The notes under the pieces are model-generated. The model saw nothing but the letters and a program-made list of their open reading frames with translations. It did no database searches and was not told the origin of the DNA. Position numbers and translations under genes: made by a program. DNA of 64,000 nt from Chiloscyllium plagiosum (lineage: Eukaryota), in NCBI RefSeq assembly GCF_004010195.1, contig NC_057720.1, positions 23,623,105-23,687,104 on the forward strand. Direction: 5' to 3'. This document shows positions 11,645-23,909 of the stretch, piece by piece; positions within the stretch are counted from its first letter, which is position 1; every line of letters begins with the position of its first letter.

Positions 11645-12020
11645 CATTGGAGAAGGAGCAGGCCTTTTAACCCCTCAGGCATGTTAAGCCTTTCAATTTG
11701 ATCATGGCTACCCTGTACCATAGCTTCATTAACTCACTTTTACTGCTAATCCCATGATGCCTTGACCCAAAATATGTCTATTGCTCTCAGTCTTGACAAT
11801 TTTAATGCAGCCTTTGCTGAAGTAAGCTCCAGATTTATGCTGTGATTTGTGTGAAAAAGTGCAACCTGATTTCACACTGAATGGCTGCACTCTAATTTCC
11901 TGAGTGCCTGCGCGTTTTCTGGACTCCCCATTAAGGAGAAATGGAATCTTTGTATCTACCTAGAAGATCCTTTTGATAATTTTAAACAAATTAACTTGCT
12001 TACCCTGCAACTTTCTGAAT
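11645..12020 (-). mobile_element. Old CR1 3' end remnant
   Basis: GGAGCAGGCC..CCCCTC..GATCATGGCT..CTGGACTCCCCA pattern shared with 26915-27470. Confidence 0.6.
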
Positions 12021-13299
12021 GAGCTGTCTTATACATCTGCAATTCTGTATGTCATTTGACAAATTTCAGCTTTATCTGAGGCAGAAGGGTTTTACTGTGC
12101 TTCACATCTCCAAGTATCATCCAACTATCTCGGGACCTAGTGGTACATTTATACTGCCTCGCAAATACAGTGTAAGAATTACATTGAAAGAAAACTTCCT
12201 CCAGATACACCATGGGCTAGAGATGTGTTAATTCTTAGGAAGTGGGATTGTTGCTCCACACTCAAGAGGAAGACCTGTCTCAGGGAGCTGCTGGCTAATC
12301 AGTCCCAGTAGCGTCACCATCAGCAGTGTCCACTGTTGGGATTGCAAGCAGCCCAACAGTCTTATGTACCAGAGCTCCAGGACTCAGTAGGTGCAAGTTT
12401 TTGTAGCAAGGTCAGGAGGGAATGCCAGGGGATGGTGGTGGGAAGGAACTAGTGGTGTGATGATGAGGCTATGTGGAGAGGGTGTACTCAGCTGGGTGAC
12501 AGGTTGGTTGCAGACCTGGAGTGAAAGGGAAGCCAATTTGGAGAAAGGGACTGTACTGGAAAATTTCTTTACCTTTATCCCTCACAAGGCTCACGCAGGA
12601 TAATTTTCTGGGCTGCTCAAACCTACATCCCTGAACTCCTTCCAGCATCTAAAAGATCATGCCCAATGGGAAGCAGCCTTGAAGTGGCTAATAATTGACC
12701 ACTTAAGGACCTCAGATTGGGTGAGGAACTGCTGACTGTACTAGGCCTTGCCTGATTCCTCCAGTAAATTGCAGAGCAAAGGACATCCACCACGAAAACC
12801 TGGCAGGCACTCTCATTCTCCTGAAATCCTGTTGGCTTTGGAACATAAAATTCCTCGCTAGATCGAACATAGAAAAGTACAACACAGAACAGGCCCTTCG
12901 GCCTATGATATTGTGCAAAGGATTAATCCTAATCTAAAATAAAATAACCTAACCTACGCAACCCTCAATTGACTGATGTACATGTGCATGTCCAGCAGTC
13001 ATAAAGTCACCAGGGAAAAGACTTTACCTATTTATCCTATCCATCCCCTCATAATTTTGTAAACCTCTATAAGGTCACCCTTCAGCCTCTGACGCTCCAG
13101 GGAAAACACCCCTAGCCTGTTTAGCCTCTCCCTGTAGCTCAGATCCTCCAACCCTGGCAACATCCGTGTAAATCTTTTCTGAGCACTTTCAAGTTTCACA
13201 ATATCTTTCCGATAGGAAGGGGACCAGAGTTACACACAGTATTCCAACAGTGGCCTAACCAATATCCTGTACAGCCGCAACATGACCTCCCAACTCCTG

Positions 13300-13854
13300 T
13301 AGGAGAAAGTGAGGACTGCACATGCTGGGGATCAGAGCTGAAAAATGTGTTGCTGGAAAAGCACAGCAGCTCAGGCAGCATCAAAGGAGAAGGAGAATCA
13401 ACCTTTCGGGCATAAGCCCTTCTTCAGGAATGAGGAGGGTGTGCCAAGCAGGCTAAGATAAAAGGTAGGGAGGAGGGACTTGGGAGAGGGGCGTTGAGAA
13501 TGCGATAGGTGGAAGGAGGTTAAGGTGAGGATGATAGGCCGGAGAGGGGGTGGGAGCGGAAAGGTCAGGAAGAAGATTGCAGGTCAAGAAGGCGGTGCTG
13601 AGTCCGAAGGTTGGGACTGAGAAAAGGTGGGGGGAGGGGAAATGAGGAAGGTGGAGAAATCTGCATTCATCCCTTGTAGTTGGAGGTTCCTAGGCGGAAG
13701 GTGAGGCGCTCTTCCTCCAGGTGTCGTGTTGCCATGATCTGTTAATGGAGGAGACCAAGGACCTGCATGTCCTTGGTGGAGTGGGAGGGGGAATTAAAGT
13801 GTTCAGCCACGAGGCGGTTGGGTTGGTTGGTGCAGGTGTCCCAGAGGTGTTCTC
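13300..13854 (-). mobile_element. Penelope-like element 3' part with GIY-YIG endonuclease C-terminus, inserted in a CR1
   Basis: Minus strand 13650-13854 reads EHLWDTCTNQPNRLVAEHFNSPSHSTKDMQVLGLLH*QIMATRHLEEERLTFRLGT/..QGMNADFS, followed by the same 3' terminus as 4190-4495 with a mutated hammerhead (GAAAGGUU). Confidence 0.85.
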
Positions 13855-14479
13855 NNNNNNNNNNNNNNNNNNNNNNNNNNNNNNNNNNNNNNNNNNNNNN
13901 NNNNNNNNNNNNNNNNNNNNNNNNNNNNNNNNNNNNNNNNNNNNNNNNNNNNNNNNNNNNNNNNNNNNNNNNNNNNNNNNNNNNNNNNNNNNNNNNNNNN
14001 NNNNNNNNNNNNNNNNNNNNNNNNNNNNNNNNNNNNNNNNNNNNNNNNNNNNNNNNNNNNNNNNNNNNNNNNNNNNNNNNNNNNNNNNNNNNNNNNNNNN
14101 NNNNNNNNNNNNNNNNNNNNNNNNNNNNNNNNNNNNNNNNNNNNNNNNNNNNNNNNNNNNNNNNNNNNNNNNNNNNNNNNNNNNNNNNNNNNNNNNNNNN
14201 NNNNNNNNNNNNNNNNNNNNNNNNNNNNNNNNNNNNNNNNNNNNNNNNNNNNNNNNNNNNNNNNNNNNNNNNNNNNNNNNNNNNNNNNNNNNNNNNNNNN
14301 NNNNNNNNNNNNNNNNNNNNNNNNNNNNNNNNNNNNNNNNNNNNNNNNNNNNNNNNNNNNNNNNNNNNNNNNNNNNNNNNNNNNNNNNNNNNNNNNNNNN
14401 NNNNNNNNNNNNNNNNNNNNNNNNNNNNNNNNNNNNNNNNNNNNNNNNNNNNNNNNNNNNNNNNNNNNNNNNNNNNNNN
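13855..14479. other. Assembly gap (N run) at a Penelope-like/CR1 junction
   Basis: 625 N. Confidence 1.
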
Positions 14480-17272
14480 ATTTATCTGAATTAAACTCCA
14501 TCTGCCACTTCTCAGCCCATTGGCCCATCTGGTCCAGATCCTGTTGTAATCTGAGGTAACCCTCTTCCCTGTCCACTACACCTCCAATTTTGGTGTCATC
14601 TGCAAACTTACTAACTGTACCTCTTATGCTCCCATCCAAATCATTTATGTAAATGACAAAAAGTAGAGGACCCAGCATCGATCCTTGTGGCACGCCACTG
14701 GTCACAGGCCTCCAGTCTGAAAAACAACCCTCTGTCTTCTACCTTTGGGCCAGTTCTGTATCCAAATGACTAGTTCTCTCTGTATTCCATGAGATCTAAC
14801 CTTGCTAATCAGTCTCCCATGGAGAACTTTGTCGAACGCCTTACTGAAGTCCATATAGATCACGCTTAAATGTCCCTAATGGCTCTGCTTTCACCACCAT
14901 TGCTGGCAATGCAATCCATGCATTCAAAACTCTCTGCATAAAGAGACAGATTGACGAAGTTCAGGCAGTGGTTGAGGTGTATATGGACTTCAGCAAGGCA
15001 TTTGATAAGGTTCCCCATGGTAGACTCATTCATAAAGTCAGGAGGTATGGGATACAGGGAGACTTGGCTATCTGGATAACTCTCACGTCTTCTCTATACC
15101 TTCTACCTAAACCCTTAAAACTATGATCTTGTGTGGCAATCAGTCCTGCCCTGGGGAAACGTCTCTGGCTATTGACTATCCATGCCTCTCATTACCTTGT
15201 ATACCTCGATCAGGTCACCTCTCTTCCTCCGTCTCTCCAGAGAGGAAAGTCTGAGTTTAGTCAACCTCTCTTCGTAAGACAAGCCCTCCAGTCCAGGCAG
15301 CATCCTGGTAAACCTTCTTTGTACCCTCTCAAAAGTCTCCGCATCTTTCCTATAATAGGACAACCAGAACTGGACACAATATTCCAAGTGTGGTCTCACC
15401 AGGATTTTGTAGAGCTGCAGCAAAACCTCATGGCTCTTAAACACTATCCCCTGTTAATGAAAGCCAAGACATCACATGCCTTCTTAACAACCCTATCCAC
15501 TTGGTGGCAACATTGAGGGATCTCTGTGCACTTGAACACCAAGATCCCGCTGTTCCTCCACACTGCCAAGAATCCTGTCTTTAATCCGATATTCAGCATT
15601 CTGGTTTGACCTTCCAAAATGCATCACTTCGCATTTATCCAGGTTGAACTTCATCTGCCATTTCTCAGCCCAGCTCTGTATCCTGTCAATGTTGCGCTGC
15701 AGCCTGCAACAGCCTTTGACACTATCAACGGCACCTCCAACCTTTGTGTCATCGGCAAATTTACTAACCCACCTCCTCATCCAAGTCATTTATAAAACCT
15801 ACAAACAGCAGAGGCCCAAGAACGGAGCCCTGTGCGACACCAGTCACCACTGACTTCCAGGCAGAATACCTTCCATCTACAACCTCTCTCTGCCTTCTGT
15901 CAGCCAACCAATTCTGAATCCAGAGAGCCAAGTCTCCCTGTATCCCATACCTCCTGACTTTATGAAAGTCTCCCTGTATCCCATACCTCCTGACTTTATG
16001 AATGAGTCTACCATGGGGAACCTTATCAAAGAACTCAATAAGATTTGTGAGGCATGACCTGCCCCTCACAATGCCATGCTGACTGCTTTTAATCGAGCTA
16101 TGATTTTCCAAATAGTCATAAATCCTATCCCTCAGAATTCTTTCCAAAATATTGCTGACCACAGACGTAAGACTGACTGGTCTATAATTACCAGGGATTT
16201 CCCTATTACCCTTCTTGAAAAGAGAAACAACATTCACCTCCCTCCAATCCTCTGGTATGACTCCGTGGAGAGTGAGGAGACAAATATCCTTGCCAGTGGC
16301 TTAGCAACCACCTTTCTCACTTGCCAGAGCAACCTAGGATAAATCTGGTCTGGCCCTGGGGACTTATAAATCTTAATGTTTGCCAAAATTTCCAGCACAT
16401 CAACTTCCTGAATCTCAATCTGTTCAAGCCTGTTTCCCAGCTTCTCAAAGTTCTCATTCACAACAAGGTCCCTTTCCTTAGTGAACACTGAAGCAAAAAA
16501 CTCATTTAGGGCTTCCCCTATCTGCTCAGACTCCACGCACAAATTCCCTACGCTAGTCCTGACCGGCCTTACCTTCTCCCTGATCATTCTCTTATTCCTC
16601 ACGTATGAGTAAAATGCCTTTAGGTTCTCCCTTATCCTTCCCTCTCAGTCTTTTCAAGGCCCCTCCTGGCCCTCCTCAGTCTATTTTTGAGCTCCTTTCT
16701 AGTAAGCCTGTAATCGTCTAAAGCGGTTTAATATAGTTGCTTCCTCCACCTTACGTAAGCTACCTTCTTTCTTTTGACGAGAAGTTCCTCTGTTCTCGTC
16801 ATCCAAGATTCCTTAATCTTACCCCTTCTTACCTGTCTCAGAGGAACAAATTTATGCATCACTCGCAACAACTGTTCCTTAAACAGTTTCTATGTGTGTT
16901 GTCCCCTTTCTGTGGAACAATTGCTCCCAACCTGTACTTCCCAACTCCTGTTTGATAGCGTCATAATTTGCTTTTCCTCAATTAAATATCTTGCCATGGT
17001 AACTGCTGCTTTCCCTCTCCATGGCTTTGGTAAATGTTAGGCAGTTGTGGTCACTGTCATCAAAGTGTTCTCCTACTGCAAGATCTGACATGTGTCCTGG
17101 GCTCATTGCTGAGCACCAAGTACAAAATGGCCTGTCTCCTCATTGGCCTGTCTACATACTGAGTAAGGAAACCCTCCTGAGCACACCTGACAAAAATGGC
17201 TCCATTCAAACCATCTGCACTAAGGAGGTTCCAGTCAATATTGGATAAGTTGAAGTCACCCATAACAACAAC

Positions 17273-17817
17273 CTTGCTGCAAATCTGGTCTCCTTCCAAT
17301 CGAAAAGTTGTTGTGAAACTTGAAAGGGTTCAGAAAAGATTTAAAAGGATGTTGCCAGGGTTGGAGGATTCGAGCTATAGGGAGAGGTTGAATAGACTAG
17401 GGCTGTTTTCCCTGGAGCGTCGGAGGCTGAGGGGTGACCTTATAGAGGTTTATAAAATCATGAGGGGCATGGATAGGGTAAATAGACAAAGTCTTTCCCC
17501 TGGTGTGGGGGAGTCCAGAAGTAAAGGGCATACGTTTAGAGTGAGAGGGAAAAGATATAAAAGAGACCTAAGGGGCAACTTTTTCACGCAGAAGGTGGTC
17601 CGAATATGTTATGAGCTGCTAGAGGAAGTGGTAGAGGCTGGTACAATTGCAACACTTAAAAGGCAACTAGATGTGTATATGAATAGGAAGGGTTTGGAGA
17701 GATATGGGCCAGGTACTGGCAGGTGGGACTAGATTGGGTTCGGATATCTGGTCAGCATGGACGGGTTGGACTGAAGAGTCTGTTTCCGTGCTGTACATCT
17801 CTTTGACTCTATGACTC
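17273..17817 (+). mobile_element. CR1 (HER1-like) 3' fragment nested in opposite orientation
   Basis: ORF 17196..17732 reads LERVQKRF..RRRLRGDLIEVYKIM..RGNFFTQ. Tail (CTATGACT)n. Confidence 0.9.
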
Positions 17818-18008
17818 CATCTGCACTTTTCCAAAATCTGCTGGCCTAAGAGTACTTCAATCTCCCTACTGCTGTTAGGAGGTCTGTAGAAAACCCCTAA
17901 TGAGGTGGCTGCTTCCCTTCTGTTTCTAACTTCCACCCTTACTGACTCAGTAGACAAACCTTCCTCGACAACCTTTGTTTCTGTAGGTGTGACACACTTT
18001 CTAATTAG

Positions 18009-18186
18009 GTCAGGCAGCATCCAGGGAACAGGAGAATCGACGTTTCGGGCATAAGCCCTTCTTCAGGAAGGCTTATGCCCGAAACGTCGATTCTCCTGTT
18101 CCCTGGATGCTGCCTGACCTGCTGCGCTTTTCCAGCAACACATCTCCGGCTCTGATCTCCAGCATCTGCAGACCTCACTTTCTCCT
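18009..18186 (+). mobile_element. Palindromic PLE mini-insertion (family A) inside CR1 ORF2
   Basis: 16 bp TSD CACACTTTCTAATTAG at 17993-18008 and 18187-18202. Intact hammerhead core on the minus strand at 18039-18066. Confidence 0.9.
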
Positions 18187-18403
18187 CACACTTTCTAATT
18201 AGCAATGCTACACCTCCCCCCCCCACCTTTTTCTTTTTAGATGTTCTAAACCATGGAACATCTATCAACCATTCCTGCCCCTGTGAAACCCATGTCTCCG
18301 TTATGGTCACAACATCATAGTCCCAAGTACTGATCCATGCTCTAAGTTCATCGCTCTTATTTCTGACATTCCTTGCATTAAAGCAGACACACTTTAACTG
18401 ATC

Positions 18404-18559
18404 AGGCAGCATACAAGAAGCAGGAGTATCGACGTTTCGGGCATAAGCCCTTCTTCAGGAAATCCTGCTCCTGCTCCTTGGATGCTGCCTGACCTGCTGC
18501 GCTTTTCCAACAACACATTTTTCAGCTCGGATCTCCAGCATCTGCAGTCCTCACTTTCT
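18404..18559 (+). mobile_element. Palindromic PLE mini-insertion (family A) at the start of CR1 ORF2
   Basis: 16 bp TSD CACACTTTAACTGATC at 18388-18403 and 18560-18575. Intact hammerhead core on the minus strand at 18431-18458. Confidence 0.9.
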
Positions 18560-20324
18560 CACACTTTAACTGATCCCTTTGTTTCATCACATGAAAAACC
18601 TTCCAATAGATTCACTACATCCTATCACTGCTCGATCTACAACCACCCCTTCTTAGGTATATAGCTCTGGCCTCCCGAACCACACGAGTAAATCTCCCAC
18701 CCACGACGTTTGTGCCCCTCCAGTTCAGGTGCAACCCATCCTTCATGTACAGATCCCACCTTCCCCAGAAGGCATCCCAATGGTCTAAATATCTGAAGCC
18801 CTCCCTCCTGCACCAGCCTCACAGCCACGTGTTAAGCTGCACTCGTTGCCTGTTCCTCACCTCATTAGCTTCTGGCACCTGTAGCAAACCTGAGAACATG
18901 ACTCAACTCGTCCTGCTCTTTAGCTTCTAACCTAGCTCTCTGTAGACACTTTTCAGATCCTCAGTCCCTTTCCTGGCTGTGCCTTTGGTACCAATATGTA
19001 CCACAATTTCTGGCTGCTCACCCTCCCCTGTCGGAACCTTGTAAACCCGATCAGTGACATGCCAGACCCTGGCACCTGGGAGGTAACATACCTTCCGGGA
19101 GTCCTGTTTCTAACCACAAAATCTCCTGTCAATCCGTCTAACTATTGAGTCCCCTACCACTAGCACTTTTCTATTCTCCCCCCTTCCTTCTGAGTCTCAG
19201 TCCCACAGACTTGACAACTATTGCTTTCCCCTGGTAGGTTGTCCCCACCAGCAGTATCCAAAATGGTATACTTATTGCTGAAGGGAATGGTCACAAGGGA
19301 TCCCTGCTCTGTCTGTCAGTACCCTTTCCTCCCCCTGACTGTAACCCAGCTGTCCTTATCCTGTGTCTGAGGAGTGACCACTCCCTGCACATCCTCTCAA
19401 TTTACCCCTCAGCTGGATGAATTGCTGTTCATCCAGCTCTAGCTCTAGTTTCCTAACAACACAAACGTATATTTCTCTGTGTGTCTGCAAAATTAAATAT
19501 AATCTTGCAATAATCTAAGTGCACTATTTCACAAATGAAATTTAGTACTTTAAAAAAAAAAGTTGAGAAAACATTCTGGAGAGTACATTATGTTGACCTT
19601 CTGATTTTAATTTTTAAACAAATTGTACTGTTCTTGCCAGTTTTCAAAAAAATTTGAAAACATAGTGCAAAATTATTTAAACTAATATACTTAGAATTGC
19701 ATGCTGTTAAGAATATTACAAAGAATTAACACATGGAAGTTAAATTCAGCTCTTGGACTTGATGCCTATTTCTAAAATTACTAACAAGATGAGCATTAAA
19801 TTTTGTCCACAGACATATTTGGGCACATATTACTTCCTGACACAAGAAAATCTCTGGCTTCTTAGTTAAAGGCCAAATTTTAAGAAGAGTATAAAAACTA
19901 AACATAGATGTCAGGAGGGCTCACAACTTTCCATATTCAATTTGTAAGTCAACACTACGCACCATAGATCCTTATCTCAAATTCCCAAAGAGAAACTTTA
20001 TACGAATCAATATGAACTTGTTTTCATGACCCTAAACGTTTGCAATGGTTAGCAGTTTTCAGCTCAATTCTTATTAATTGCACCAGTCTTCCATTCTGCT
20101 CTGTACAAGTCATTGCCTCCCACTTGTTCAAGAAAACATCTATGTTAACATCTTAAACAAGTTTTTATGTTTTCTTTTACTAACTGTTTCCTCCCACTCT
20201 TCAAATATGACAATTGTCCATTGTTGTGATCGATCTGTGTTTGTGAGTCTGAATTACTGTGTTAAATGACAGCAGTGCAGCTTACCCATTGTGTTTTGAG
20301 GACTAATCTATTTTCTAATCAATC

Positions 20325-20424
20325 TGTTCAGAGATGCTATTACGCACCTTTGGAGCAGGGGGAATTGAACCCAGGTCTCTTAGTCGAGGGGCAAGGATGT
20401 GACCATTGCTCTACAAGAGCCCTA
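20325..20424 (-). mobile_element. Very short tRNA-derived SINE (copy also at about 4592-4695 +)
   Basis: Reverse strand GGCTCTTGTAGAGCAATGGT..CTGGGTTCAATTCCCCCTGCTCC..TCTCTGAACAGATTGATTAGAAAATA. Confidence 0.55.
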
Positions 20425-20594
20425 GCTTGCACAGTAGTACTGACAAACACTGGAAAACAGATGATGAATGGACACAGCACAGTTATATTGATTTAAATGA
20501 ATAATTTAATGTGGAAAATTATATAGGAATTAGAGTTTAGAAATGGTTATTTGGACCATCAGATCTACACGAGTCTCCTCTGACCATGCTTGAA

Positions 20595-21045
20595 TATCAG
20601 CTGTATCTTAGTTGGTTACACTCTTGCCTTTGTAGGAGAAGATTAGGTCCCACTGCATGACCTGAGAACAAGAATCTAGCCTGAAACTGGAGCAGTATTG
20701 AAGGAATGCTGCACTCTTAAGAGATTATCTTTTGGATGAGAAGTTAAATTGAAGCTCTTTGTACCCTCTTAGATGCGTGTAAAATATGGCGTGATATTAT
20801 GAGAAAAGACCTGAGAGTTAGCCCTAATATCCTGCCAATATTTATCCCTCAGTCAGCATTGCTATAAGAAACAGATTGTCTGATCCTTGTAAGACTTGTT
20901 TCTTTTGGGCGATGATTCAGTACAAATTGACTGCTGCATTTCCCACATTGCAGGAGTGACTATATTTCATTAGTTATACAATGCTTTAGAGATGCTGTGG
21001 TCAAGCAAGATGTTTTTATTAATATTGTATATTCATACAAGTCTT
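20595..21045 (+). mobile_element. DeuSINE (SacSINE1/AmnSINE1-related), degenerate
   Basis: Co-linear match to the recalled Deu-domain: GCAGTATTGAAGGAATGCTGCACT, TTTGGATGAGAAGTTAAA, CCAATATTTATCCCTCA, AAACAGATT, CAAATTGACTGCTGCATTTCC, and an L2-like tail. Confidence 0.75.
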
Positions 21046-21180
21046 TTTTTCTCACTCTATCAAACTAGATCAACGTCTAGTTATGTGTATCTTTATTCAT
21101 ATTTAAAAAACATTTTGCTCTCTAACATGGATAACTCATCAAGCTAAATTTAAGAATAATGCTGTACAATGCACTGATAT

Positions 21181-21376
21181 TAGATTAGATTAGATTACAG
21201 TGTGGAAACAGGCCCTTCGGCCCAACAAGTCCACACCGACCCGCCGAAGCGAAACCCACCCATACCCCTACATTTACCCCTTACCTAGCACTACGGACAA
21301 TTTAGTATGGCCAATTCACCTGACCCTGCACATCTTTGTGATGTGGGAGGAAACCGGAGCACCCGGAGGAAACCAT
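21181..21376 (-). mobile_element. V-SINE 3' half
   Basis: (TAGAT)n tail, ACAGTGTGGAAACAGGCCCTTCGGCCC, GGGAGGAAACCGGAGCACCCGGAGGAAACC. Confidence 0.85.
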
Positions 21377-21436
21377 TCTGTAAGGAGAAGTTTAGTACTG
21401 GCAGAAAAGTATTAAATTTAACATCAATCAAAGTTA

Positions 21437-21635
21437 CAAAAACTCAACAGGTCTGGCAACATCTGTGGAGAGAGAGCAGAGTTAACATTTTTAATCTAGT
21501 GATAACTGATTCAAAAGTCACTCAAAACATTAATTCTCCTTTCTTCTCATAGGTGCTGCCAGACCTGCTGAATTCCACCAGCAATTTTTGCTTTTGTTTC
21601 AGAACTCCAGCATTCACAGTTCTTTGTTTTATTTT
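21437..21635 (+). mobile_element. Old palindromic PLE-derived repeat (family B)
   Basis: Inverted arms CAGGTCTGGCAACATCTGTGGAGAG / GCTGCCAGACCTGCTG. Flanked by ATCAATCAA(A/T)GTTA at 21423 and 21636. Confidence 0.7.
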
Positions 21636-23909
21636 ATCAATCAATGTTAAATGTTTGCTTTATAAATATATTAAAAGAATGCACATTTTAAACAAATGAT
21701 ATAAATTTTCCTATGTTTTATGAGTTTAGTTGCAATATTTAATGGATGTGCTCAAAATGCTCTGATGATATGAAATTTACATCCTCAAATTTAAAATAGT
21801 CCACTTACATCACATCTTTAATTTCCAGATTTAGATGGAGCTAATATTCACCTCACATCTTCTCCATGTTTTGAAGTTTAGTCAGTAAACTGAGATAAGA
21901 AGGAAAGGGGCCCAATTATAATCTTGATTTAAGAAATAACAGTGAGAAAAAGAGAGATGTGTTCATTGAATATGCAGACATCAATTCAGTGACATGCAGT
22001 TACATCATAGAAGGGAAGAATAATAAGGGTCCGTTAAAAAAAGTTCAATTTCTTTTGGATATGCTGTCAATTATCTGAGGTTCCAACATAGACTAAACTC
22101 AACATTGGATTTCACAGCAAGTAACAGTGCCACTCCTTCCCAGCACTCAGCTCATTAATCTTGCAGCATGTCAATTGCATTATAAAATAATGGAAGATGC
22201 AATAACATTTTAAAATAAGTGAAATCAAATTGAAATTCACGTTATGGCAATTTTCCTAAAAGATATCAAACAACCAGAGCTATCCGACATTACATGCAAG
22301 AGCAGCATTTCATAAAAGCAATCAGATTATTAATCTGCAGATTTGCATGATCCAGGAGAAAGCTGTAGTAATTTAAATCAAGACATTTTGTAGAACAGCC
22401 ATTCTTTCATTAATATATGCAAGAAAAACAATTGAAACAATGAGTTATAATAAGTGGATTGCAAGTAATTGCACTCTGTCTCTAGTTACTGAATCACAGG
22501 GGACAATTATAGAAAATCATGATTTTGACTGTCCTTGACAATAGATTATGACCCAGTTCAAAGCAGACATCAGGGACATGTGTAAAGTAGCATTTCAGTT
22601 GTATATAGAACATTCATTAATTTATAACGGCAGGAGTCAATTCTGTACTAAAAGTAAAATATTCCCCCAGTATTTCTGACACAAGTATTTAAAAATAATT
22701 GAACATAGTGATATTAATTTCTGTGTACACAACATTTATATAGCTAATATGAAATTAAATCATAAGGTATGATATTTCCAAATTATCTTAGCTGTCATAT
22801 CTAGTCATCAGAAGTTTTGTGTCTACAATGAGCTTACTAGTTCATACACTAAAGGATCTTTCAAATTCAGTGCGTTCCCTGCCTTTGGCGACTGTGGTCT
22901 CGTTTATAGCTGAGTCTTTTTGTGATGGAACTAATCACATTAGGAATCTTTTTATGGTATGCATTTGAGAATAGCTACATGGGAATTGCTCAGAATGGTC
23001 AACAGGAAACTGGAGGAATTTTTGTCCCAGGTTCTTATCAATAATATGGTCATAACCTGCTCATGGCACCATTCACCATTTGGCAGGTCATTAGTCTGGA
23101 GACAGAAAATTGGGTAATTGTGAAGGGTTTGCAGTAGCACCCCTTTAAGGAGTTGGGTATGAACATCAATTTAAAAAACACAGGTCTTCAAAACAACATG
23201 CAGTATGTATACAAAACCTATAAAAGCAAATATATTACATTTGAAAGTGTTTGAGGTTCAAAATTCATGTGACTGTCATGCCACGTTTCCTAAAGCCCCT
23301 CCCTTCCCTCATTCCAACAGATTTCCCTTATAGAAGCTAAAGATCTCTGTAATCGCTATAATGACTGGAAGTAACCACTTCCTCACTTGAGCACAAATTG
23401 GAACTAGTGTGGTGGGCTCTTATTAGGGTGTATTGGCTGCATGAGGCGCATATGTGAGCTTCCCACTTGGGCTTGGATGAAATCTCTGACTGCCACAATA
23501 TCGATCTTTCTGAAACTGAGGTGGTGACCTTGTGGTAAATTTGCACAACTAGCGGATCCTTTAAAATGCTAGTATGGTAAATTTTTAACAAAAAAAGACA
23601 GTTTTTACCTGAACCTTTCTACCATTTTATTCTTGGCTGGTTACTTATGATGCTGAACCAATTGCAGATTCACTGCTAGAAAAGTCTTGGATTTACTTGT
23701 AAGTAACATTAATTAGAACATTATTTCATGTCTAAATTTCACTGCAATTTTTACATGTATTGCATCATTCAATAAATAAATTTATTGGTCAAAATTGATT
23801 TTGGCACAGAAATATTCTGTTGCTTAATAACTGTATCCTACACCTCTAGTCCTCCTCAGTGCTTGGTCTGATGTTACTGTAAATTGTCTAAAGTGGTGCG
23901 GCAGTGTAA

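Larger units (their letters stand above)
13003..14862 (-). mobile_element. Second CR1-family (HER1-like) RT fragment nested in the 3' part of the large CR1
   Basis: ORF 13803..14705 reads GVPQGSMLGPLLFVIYINDLD..SKFADDTKIGG. 13010-13300 is the RT C-terminal region. Confidence 0.85.
12862..19440 (-). mobile_element. Near full-length, disrupted CR1-clade LINE (SGNH-esterase ORF1, APE + RT ORF2) with multiple nested insertions
   Basis: ORF1 remnants VCYLPGARV..EIVVHIGT and DHWDAFWGRWDLYMKDGLHLNWRG (about 18690-19140). [74 protein letters not shown]. 3' tail at 12862-13000 rejoins 14863. Confidence 0.9.

Noticed and set aside
18009..18559. Recurring palindromic units as a CRISPR array or DNA MITEs
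   Set aside because: No regular repeat-spacer array. Arms are asymmetric, TSDs are long and variable, and the ends match RT/GIY-YIG-coding PLEs.
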